A stretch of DNA of 64,000 nucleotides from IMG/VR virus record IMGVR_UViG_3300025832_000001; one strand, given 5' to 3'. The stretch's first letter is position 1. Every line of letters begins with the position of its first letter. The notes beneath the pieces were generated by a model. It worked only from the letters and a program-made list of their open reading frames with translations. It was not told the DNA's origin and did no database searches. This document shows, in pieces, positions 1 through 8,200 of the stretch. Both the position numbers and the translations under genes were made by a program. The stretch comes from a virus.

Positions 1-1
1 T

Positions 2-361
2 TTTGATTCAGCAAACTTTGATGTATCAAATACTGGTTGGGTACAATTAAACTCCCAAAGGAATCCTTATGGATACAAACAATCATTAAATAATACAGCA
101 CCATCTTCAAGAGCAGAAGCTGGAGGTTTAACTACATTTACTATAGATGTTACTCAATCTGCTGTGGGAGTTACTCCTGCTTGGAAAATATTTGGAACAG
201 GTGCTTTAGCAGAAAACGTTAAAGTAGAAGTTACAAGCGGTTCTGCGCCCTATCAAACAGTATACGCAGATGTGGCTAGAAGTGGATCAGCAACTCTTAC
301 AATAGCATTTACAGGATCTATAGCAAATGACGCTTACCAAGTACTTCTTTCGCACATATAG
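2..361 (+). CDS. Structural protein, C-terminal fragment (5' end upstream of the window)
   Basis: Frame 2 is open from nt 2 (FDSANFDVSNTGW...) to TAG at 359-361. The ORF track shows only the part after an internal start at 164. Same strand as the fibre gene, 22 nt upstream of it. Confidence 0.5.
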   Translation, partial: FDSANFDVSNTGWVQLNSQRNPYGYKQSLNNTAPSSRAEAGGLTTFTIDVTQSAVGVTPAWKIFGTGALAENVKVEVTSGSAPYQTVYADVARSGSATLTIAFTGSIANDAYQVLLSHI

Positions 362-383
362 ATTAACTAATCCAATATAATAT

Positions 384-2873
384 ATGCCATTAAATTTTTT
401 AAATAACGGATATTTCGCCGGAACGGTAGGTATTGGAACGGTTAGTGCTGATTACAAACTTGATATAGGAGGAACAGTAGCTAGCACTGACAACACTGCT
501 AGATTAATGCAAAACAATGGTGGTACTGCTATTAGAATTGGTTCTGGTGGTGGATCAAGTGATGTGGTATTGCTAAGAATAGATGGTAACAGCGTAACTG
601 GTGGACATGATGGCGCTACTGATTCATCAAATTACGGTTTTTCTTTTAAATATTTTGGCTCAGGCGGCGGAAATAATAATAGATTTGGTATTTTATCAGA
701 TAATCAAGTAGCGGCTACGCAAGTCGAAGCTATAACTATTTTGCAAGACGGTTTTATTGGAATCGGAAACACTGCCCCAGGCTACAAACTAGATGTAACA
801 GGATCAGTGCAGTCTTACATATCAGCAACAAGGTACATAAGGCTACAAGGCGCATCGGCAGATTTTGAAGTTGTTTCAGATAATAACACAAAACCCGTTT
901 CAAGAATAACAGGTACAGGAACTGCAGACCTTTTTCAAATATTTGATAATACCACAGAGGTATTTACAGTACTAGACGGCGGCAACGTCGGGATCGGGGA
1001 CACTGGGCCAAATGTTAAACTACAAGTTTCCACAAGTTCGCCAACGAATAATGTAGCTGTCTCAATTGGTGATGGATGGGTTGGCAATAGTAGTTATCAT
1101 AAAGAAGGAGGCTTATTACTTATTAGTGGAACAAGTCAAGACGCAACACAAACTGGAGCAGGTATTGCTTTTCAAACCAGAAACACACAAAACACTAATT
1201 ACTGGAAATCCAGTATGATAATGGATAGAGATGGCGCTATAAGATTTACTCTTGGCGGCGCTGGTACGGTAGCAGGTTCTGAAGATTTTACAATACTTTC
1301 CGGCGGCAACGTCGGGATTGGGGTTACTAGTCCTGCTGCTAAATTACATATAGCTGATACAAATAAAGCTATAAATACAGAAGGTAATTTATTTGTTGCC
1401 ACTACTGATGCTTATGCAATCGATAAAGGAGGGCAGATAAGTTTAGGAGGCGTATGGCATAGCACACCATTAACTATAGAGTTTGCTGCAATTGCTGGAC
1501 GTAAACAAACAGCAGTAAATGGAAACGCGGGTGGTTATTTACAATTATCTACTAGTAATTCTTCTGGTGGAAACTTAACAGAAAAAATGCGTATTACTTC
1601 CGCTGGAGGAATATCATTTGGAACTACAGGAACTGCTTACGGAACTTCAGGTCAAATACTAAAATCAAACGGAAACGCATCACCGACTTGGATCGATGGC
1701 TCAGCTATACCAGGTGTGCCAGCAGGATCTGGTACTACAAACTACTTAGCTCGTTGGACACCAGATGGCGACACATTAGGTAATAGTATTGTTTTTGATA
1801 ATGGTACAAATGTTGGTATTGGTACTTCTTCTGTTGGAACTTACAAATTAAACGTAGACGGAGCTATAAGAATTGGAGTAAGTGGAACTATTCAACCATT
1901 ATTATCAAGAGACTCTTCAACAGGTGGGTTAATTGTTAGCTCAGTAGGAAATAGCGGAGATTTTATATTTCAAGGAACTGGCGGTAGCGAAAAGTTTAGA
2001 ATTAAAGACACAGGCAACGTCGGGATCGGAACGGATAGTCCACTTGGTAAACTACAAGTAAACGAATACACAGTTGCGTCACAAGGAAATCAAAATGTTC
2101 ACGGTGAATTAAGTGTTTTTACAAATAGTGGAGATGAGTCTTTATTTTTAGGTATAAAAAACGCTGCATATCCAAACAGAGGCTGGGCATTTAATCCTGT
2201 TACTTCTGGAGTAAATTCTGATTTACAAATCAAAGAACACGGAGCTTCAGGTGTAAGAATGGTAATTGAATCTGGAGGTAATGTTGGTATTGGAGTAACT
2301 GATCCTACTGAAAAATTACATTTACAATCAACAACATCTGGATGTTTTGTACGTTTTGCAGACCAAACAGCATCAGGGGTATATGTTGGGTCAAGAAATG
2401 ATGAGCTAGAAATTTACGCTGGTAATGCAGAGCGAATGGGAATAGACGCTACTGGTGTAGTGCGGTTTAACGCTTATGGAACTGGCATATTACAAACTGA
2501 TACCAATGGAGTTATTTCAGTAAATTTATCGCCGCTTGTTGATGGTATAACTTTCAACAACGGTGCTTCTATTACTAATCAAATAAACACAGATGTAGAC
2601 ACAGGAACTGAAACAGTGGCTAATGTAGCTATAGCAACATACACCGCAGCTTTCTTTGACTTTGTTATTAAGAAAACAACTAACGTAAGATCAGGTACAG
2701 TTTACGCTTGCCACGATGGCACAAACGTGGAGTTTACAGAAACATCGACACAAGACTTAGGTGACACATCAGATGTTACACTAAGTGTAGATATATCAGG
2801 AACAGACATGAGGTTGAGAGCTACAACAACCTCGGATGACTGGAGTGTTAAATCATTAATAAGAGCAATATAA
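384..2873 (+). CDS. Tail fibre-like protein built from reiterated GNVGIG..P..KL.V units
   Basis: 829 aa, rich in G/T/S/N. Seven copies of the G-x-[VI]-G-I-G-x(3-6)-KL-x-[VI] unit (e.g. GNVGIGDTGPNVKLQV, GNVGIGVTSPAAKLHI, GNVGIGTDSPLGKLQV, GNVGIGVTDPTEKLHL). The same unit fills the 1921-aa fibre downstream. Confidence 0.7.
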   Translation: MPLNFLNNGYFAGTVGIGTVSADYKLDIGGTVASTDNTARLMQNNGGTAIRIGSGGGSSDVVLLRIDGNSVTGGHDGATDSSNYGFSFKYFGSGGGNNNRFGILSDNQVAATQVEAITILQDGFIGIGNTAPGYKLDVTGSVQSYISATRYIRLQGASADFEVVSDNNTKPVSRITGTGTADLFQIFDNTTEVFTVLDGGNVGIGDTGPNVKLQVSTSSPTNNVAVSIGDGWVGNSSYHKEGGLLLISGTSQDATQTGAGIAFQTRNTQNTNYWKSSMIMDRDGAIRFTLGGAGTVAGSEDFTILSGGNVGIGVTSPAAKLHIADTNKAINTEGNLFVATTDAYAIDKGGQISLGGVWHSTPLTIEFAAIAGRKQTAVNGNAGGYLQLSTSNSSGGNLTEKMRITSAGGISFGTTGTAYGTSGQILKSNGNASPTWIDGSAIPGVPAGSGTTNYLARWTPDGDTLGNSIVFDNGTNVGIGTSSVGTYKLNVDGAIRIGVSGTIQPLLSRDSSTGGLIVSSVGNSGDFIFQGTGGSEKFRIKDTGNVGIGTDSPLGKLQVNEYTVASQGNQNVHGELSVFTNSGDESLFLGIKNAAYPNRGWAFNPVTSGVNSDLQIKEHGASGVRMVIESGGNVGIGVTDPTEKLHLQSTTSGCFVRFADQTASGVYVGSRNDELEIYAGNAERMGIDATGVVRFNAYGTGILQTDTNGVISVNLSPLVDGITFNNGASITNQINTDVDTGTETVANVAIATYTAAFFDFVIKKTTNVRSGTVYACHDGTNVEFTETSTQDLGDTSDVTLSVDISGTDMRLRATTTSDDWSVKSLIRAI
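981..997 (+). repeat. GC-rich 17-mer GGCAACGTCGGGATCGG, dispersed repeat in both fibre genes
   Basis: Exact copies start at 981, 2013, 8976 and 10107. One-mismatch copies are at 1304 (..GGGATTGG), 7105 (CAAAACGTCGGGATCGG) and 7443 (GGCAACGTTGGAATCGG). All encode G-N-V-G-I-G in frame. Other GNVGIG units use AT-rich synonymous codons. Confidence 0.9.
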
Positions 2874-3583
2874 TGGGATTTTATAGAGGACCAAATATAG
2901 TAACGGATGAATTAAAATTTGCAGTAGATGCAGGAAGTGAAAGAAGTTATTCTGGTAGTGGAACCGCTTGGAATGACTTAATAAGTAATAATAACGGGGT
3001 TTTAACTAACAGCCCTGCTTTTAGTGCAGCAAACGGTGGATCTTTTGATTTTGATGGTGTAGATGATTATGTTAGTGTACCAAGCTCTACAGACTTAGAT
3101 TTAACTAACGTAGGTACTATATCTGTTTGGATCAAACCACATACTGTAACCCAAGGTAGTTATGCTAATATGGTAGCAAGAAGTACAGGGGGCGGCACCA
3201 ATCAACAAGCATATAATTTTACTTGGAGGCAAGCGAGCAGCGCTATTCAGCTTGAAATTTGTAATGGTAGCGGAACTTATAATCGTGCAAATATGACACT
3301 CCCTACAACAGCAAACGTATGGTATAATTTAACAGGCACGTGGAATGGATCAAATTTAACAATATACAGTAATGGGGTTTCTCAAGTTACCGCAACTCAA
3401 ACTACAAACGCTCAAGTTTTAAATACAGCTTTAACAATTGGAGGTTATACTTATAAAGGCGCTGGTGGAGCTCAGGAATATTTTAACGGTAATATATCTA
3501 ACGTTAAAATATATAAAAAAGGCTTTACCGCTGCAGAAGTATTACAAAACTATAACGCACAAAAATCAAGATTTGGATTATGA
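2873..3583 (+). CDS. LamG/concanavalin-A-like lectin domain protein, paralogue 1 (putative receptor-binding or fibre accessory)
   Basis: 236 aa. Has the FDFDGVDDYV motif, then WIKP, WYNLTGTWNG and LTIYSNG strands, and a C-terminal AEVLQNYNAQKSRF. This pattern is typical of Laminin_G_3 jelly-roll proteins. ATG overlaps the fibre stop (TAATG). Confidence 0.65.
   Translation: MGFYRGPNIVTDELKFAVDAGSERSYSGSGTAWNDLISNNNGVLTNSPAFSAANGGSFDFDGVDDYVSVPSSTDLDLTNVGTISVWIKPHTVTQGSYANMVARSTGGGTNQQAYNFTWRQASSAIQLEICNGSGTYNRANMTLPTTANVWYNLTGTWNGSNLTIYSNGVSQVTATQTTNAQVLNTALTIGGYTYKGAGGAQEYFNGNISNVKIYKKGFTAAEVLQNYNAQKSRFGL
3530..3565 (+). repeat. 36-nt perfect direct repeat, copy 1 (3' end of LamG paralogue 1)
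   Basis: GCTGCAGAAGTATTACAAAACTATAACGCACAAAAA is identical at 3530-3565 and 4457-4492. Confidence 0.9.
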
Positions 3584-3822
3584 TAACATACATTACAATA
3601 AATATGTCTGAAATAGCATTGGTTGATTTCAATCAAGTGTTAGAAACATCAGAACAAACACTTAGGCTATCAGTTGATGGTTTACAAACAGTATTAAAAT
3701 GGGAAGGTGCAGAGCCTGCATTTGTATCAACATTAAGTTCATACGAAGGACCTTATACCCACGAAGAAATTTTAGTAATAATGGCAACTCCAGAATGGAC
3801 TGACCCAAACCCACCAGAATAA
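3580..3822 (+). CDS. Hypothetical protein (80 aa) between LamG paralogues
   Basis: ORF overlaps the upstream stop by 4 nt (ATGA) and ends 1 nt before the next ATG. No recognisable motif. Confidence 0.45.
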   Translation: MITYITINMSEIALVDFNQVLETSEQTLRLSVDGLQTVLKWEGAEPAFVSTLSSYEGPYTHEEILVIMATPEWTDPNPPE

Positions 3823-3823
3823 T

Positions 3824-4507
3824 ATGGGAGCTTTTGGAGGACCAGATATAATAACAGACGGATTAATATTTGCAATAGACGCAGGAAGTACACGAAGTTA
3901 TGTAAACCCTGTCACTACTGTTAATAATTTAGCTGGTTCAAACACAGCAACTTTATATAATGGAGTAGCTTTTAGTACTGCTAATGGTGGTATATGGGAT
4001 TTTGATGGAGGAGATGATTATGGTGTTTTACCTAACTCTGCAATACCCACTGGAAATCAAATAACAATGTCCTTTTGGGTTGAAGTAGATTCTGTTCAGA
4101 ATTCTTCAATAATAGCAGGTTCATCAAATAATTCTACTCAAAATCTTAATGTACATTTACCTTGGGGTAATAGCATTGTTTATTTTGACGCGGGCAGTGG
4201 TGCATCATCAACTTCAAGGGTTCAATACACTCCAACAGCGGCTGAATTAACAGGTTGGCATAATTGGGTTTTTACAAAAAACGCTTCTACCGGACTTCAG
4301 AAAATTTATTTAGATGGCACTGAGAAATCATCAGGCTCTGGAAGAACGGCAACTATACCTGCATTGACTGTAGTAAATTTAGGTAGATTTTATACTGCTT
4401 TATATTATAATAACGGTAAAATGGCAAATGCATTGATTTACGATACAGCTTTAAGTGCTGCAGAAGTATTACAAAACTATAACGCACAAAAAAACAGATT
4501 TATATAA
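3824..4507 (+). CDS. LamG/concanavalin-A-like lectin domain protein, paralogue 2
   Basis: 227 aa. N-terminus MGAFGGPDIITDGLIFAIDAGSTRSY matches paralogue 1. Also has WDFDGGDDYG, WHNWVFT, KIYLDG and a C-terminal AEVLQNYNAQKNRF. Confidence 0.65.
   Translation: MGAFGGPDIITDGLIFAIDAGSTRSYVNPVTTVNNLAGSNTATLYNGVAFSTANGGIWDFDGGDDYGVLPNSAIPTGNQITMSFWVEVDSVQNSSIIAGSSNNSTQNLNVHLPWGNSIVYFDAGSGASSTSRVQYTPTAAELTGWHNWVFTKNASTGLQKIYLDGTEKSSGSGRTATIPALTVVNLGRFYTALYYNNGKMANALIYDTALSAAEVLQNYNAQKNRFI
4457..4492 (+). repeat. 36-nt perfect direct repeat, copy 2 (3' end of LamG paralogue 2)
   Basis: Identical to 3530-3565. Confidence 0.9.
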
Positions 4508-5196
4508 TGTACGTAGGACCAGATATAGTAACAGACGGATTAGTATACGCATTAGACGCTGCTAATTCTAAATCATACTCAGGCAGTGGCACTTCAGCTA
4601 CTGATCTGACTGGTGACTCAACAAGCACTACACTTATAAATGGTGTTGGATATTCTTCTAATGATTTAGGATATTTTGATTTTGATGGTATAGATGATAA
4701 AATATCTGTACAATACGCAGCGCAACCAGCCACTTCTGGAATCACAGTTATAGCTTGGGTATACCCGGATGAAGATGCTACCACGGGTGGTAGAACAAGA
4801 GGTTCAGCTTGGGGTGGACCTGGAGCAATGTATTTAGGATTGTGGCCAAATTCAAGTGCTGGTTCTTCAGCTATTCACGCTGGTGTACAAACTGCTTCTG
4901 GTCGTCCAACTATTCAAACAGGAACTATATACACTAATCAATGGAGTATGTTAGCAATGTCCTATGATGGATCTAATACAAAAACTTATGTAAACGGAGA
5001 GCTTATAGGCACAGTATCTCAAACTGGTAACATTACATCTGGCACAATTTATTACGTAGGTACTTACGCAAACTTAGGAGATAGCAACCATAATTTTCCT
5101 GGGCGTATTTCCTATGCTACAATGTATAACAGAGGTTTAAACACAACTGAAATACAACAAAATTACAACGCTATAAAAAGCAGATATAATTTATAG
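4507..5196 (+). CDS. LamG/concanavalin-A-like lectin domain protein, paralogue 3
   Basis: 229 aa. Has MYVGPDIVTDGLVYALDAANSKSY, FDFDGIDDKI, KTYVNGE and a C-terminal TEIQQNYNAIKSRY. Its ATG overlaps the preceding stop. Confidence 0.65.
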   Translation: MYVGPDIVTDGLVYALDAANSKSYSGSGTSATDLTGDSTSTTLINGVGYSSNDLGYFDFDGIDDKISVQYAAQPATSGITVIAWVYPDEDATTGGRTRGSAWGGPGAMYLGLWPNSSAGSSAIHAGVQTASGRPTIQTGTIYTNQWSMLAMSYDGSNTKTYVNGELIGTVSQTGNITSGTIYYVGTYANLGDSNHNFPGRISYATMYNRGLNTTEIQQNYNAIKSRYNL

Positions 5197-5237
5197 AATA
5201 ATAACTTTTTGGATAATGAAAAAAAGATAATAATAAT

Positions 5238-8200
5238 ATGGCGAACGAATTTAAAATAAAAAAAGGCTTAATTGTCACAGGCGCATCAGGTGGAACTGTT
5301 GTAGATATACAAGGTTCACAAGGGCAACTGTTTTCAGTAACCGACGATTTAAGCGGATCTATATTCGCTGTGTCAGATATATCTGGTGTACCTATATTCG
5401 ATGTCAACTCAAGTGGACTTTCTACTTTTGACGGCTTAGTATCTGGTATTACACCAGTAAATGCAGCTAACTTTGTAACTAAAGCATATGTTGATGGATC
5501 AGGTGGTGGTACAGGGCCTTTTTTACCACTAGCTGGTGGAACGTTAACTGGAACTTTAATATCAACTGAAAATCAAGGATCTGCAAGCATATATATTAAT
5601 TCATCAAGACCATCATTAGGATTTACAGATACTAATTCTTTTCCAGATCCAAATGATATTTATTTAATTAGAGGTACGTCTGGTGCAAAATTAGTGTTTC
5701 AATTTTATGATGATAGTTCTTCAACAGCAACAGAAACATTTAGCATTGATCCTCAAGGAAACTCTGTATTTCAGAATACTCTTGTTGCAAAAGGGAATAT
5801 AACATCACAAACAACAGGAGGTGCTGGCTTAAACCTTAGAAGAGACGATACATCAATATCTGGAACAAATACTTTAGGTTACATTTTGTTTCAAGGCGAT
5901 GATCCAACAGATGGCACTTTTAATAATGGCGCAGCTATTTTTGGAAAAGCAGATGGTAGTTGGAGTTCTGGTGCTTACCCTGGGCAATTACTATTACAAA
6001 CAAGAAACACAACTGGAGGTTTAGTAACTGCACTAACATTAGCTAAAGATCAAAATGCAACTTTCTCTACTCAAGCGTTTGCAACAACAGCTACATCCTC
6101 TGGAGACGCATCATCAACTCTAACAACAAAAGGTTATGTAGACGGTTTAATAACTGGAGCTACAATATATAGAGGAACTTGGCAGGCAGGTATATCCGCT
6201 ACATCAACAGGAACAACTTCTTCCAGTACGACATTAACAGTTTCTGCAGCTATACTTGATGCTGCTGGTAATACACCTGTTTTAGTAGGAGCTGTAGTTA
6301 CAGGAGCTGGAATAACAGGTACTGTAAAAGTAGCATCTGTTACTTCATCTACAGTTTACGAATTAGACACAGCAATAAGTGCAACAGCAACCGCGTACAT
6401 ATTTTCCCCAATATATGGAGCTCCTGATTTAAGTGGTGTAACACAAACATCTGGATACTACTATATCTGTAGTGAAGCAGGTAGTGCAACACCTAATGGC
6501 GCAGGCACAGAACCTAATACTTGGGATGTTGGTGACTGGGTTATATGGAATGACGATGTTGGTGCTTCTGGTGAATGGCAAAAAGTAGATAACTCATCTG
6601 TATTATCAGGTGTAGGTACAGGGCAAACTGTAGCTTTATGGGAAGGACCAAGCTCTGTTACAGATTCAGAAACTTTAGGTAATAGTATACTTACACAGCA
6701 ATCAGACGACGAAATTAGTATTTTATCTACAAGCGCCACAACAGGTCAATTAGGTAAGCTTACTATATATGGTTATGATGATGGAGATACTAATGTTAAA
6801 AATTTGCAATTAAACGTAGATAATGGCGGAGATTCTAATATTATAGCGTCAGGACCTTATTTATGGCTAGACTCAGCTAGTTATATTGCATCTAAAAAAG
6901 TACATATATTTCAACAAGATATATTTATGTACAATAATAACCATATTAGATTTTTAGATGGACCAGGTGATAGTTGGAATGATGTACTTGGTGTTACTAG
7001 TGCAGATATTGTACAAATAGGTGCAATAGCTAGTTTTAATACAAATCTTGGTGAAGTCGCTATATATTCTAACAATACTGAAGCTATAAGAATAGACGTA
7101 GATCAAAACGTCGGGATCGGGACGGCTAGTCCTGATTCTCCATTAGAAGTTCAATTTACAGAGGCAACAGGTACTGCTAAACAAATGTTGCATATAGATT
7201 ATAATTCCACCAACAACTATGGTAGTGGATATTTAAAAATATCAGCAGGTGGAAGCTCTCAAGCTTTAACGTTTATAGAACAGGTTACAAGTGGAGGTAA
7301 TGGGTTATTTGGAACTTATATAGATACAAATATTATAAATAAAGGTTTGTCTGCTTCTGCTCACGGAAATATAAATTTCGTAACAGGATCAAGTACTTCT
7401 GCAAGTAGTATAGTTATGACTATTGGTGGAGGTTCTCAAAAAGGCAACGTTGGAATCGGGACGACTTTACCTGGGTATAAACTAGATGTAGCTGAAAAAA
7501 TTAGAATGGTTGGTGGTTTAAAAATAACACCAACTACTTCAAATTTATATGCTGAAGATGGTACTTTATCTTATTACTCAGCTAGTAATGGAGTTTATTT
7601 AAATGGTGCTGGCGCAAATGGTTGGTTAAGGTTGAATGCATCTGGAGTTCAGAATGATCAAAATTCAATTAACATATATGGTAGTGCTGGAAATTATATG
7701 AATTTTAGAACTGCTAATTCTACAAGGATGATTATTAATTCCGTTGGCAACGTTGGAATTAATACAACTTCTCCTGTTGTAAGATTGCACGTTCAAGGTA
7801 ATAATATCGCAACAAGAACAACCACAACGGCTCAGTCTGTTTTAAGATTAGTTAGGGATGTTACTGATGCTGCTTTTCCAAGCACTAAAGATAGTGCTGT
7901 AGATTTTATGCTTTCAAGGCAGCAATCGGTTAATAATAATCTACCTTATACAAGATTAGATTTTAGATTAGCAGGAACAACTGATAGCTCAACACCTTCA
8001 TTAGATGTTATGAGTTTGTTGTACAACGGAAACGTAGGGATTGGGACAACTAATCCTCAGACTAATCTTGTTATATCTAACGCAGCTGGAGGAACTGGAG
8101 GTGTTAATCTTGAAATACAACCTATATCAACTAGTGTTGTTCAAAGTTACATTAACAGAAGCGTAAGCCCTGCTGTTTATATAAAAAATGAACAAAGAGC

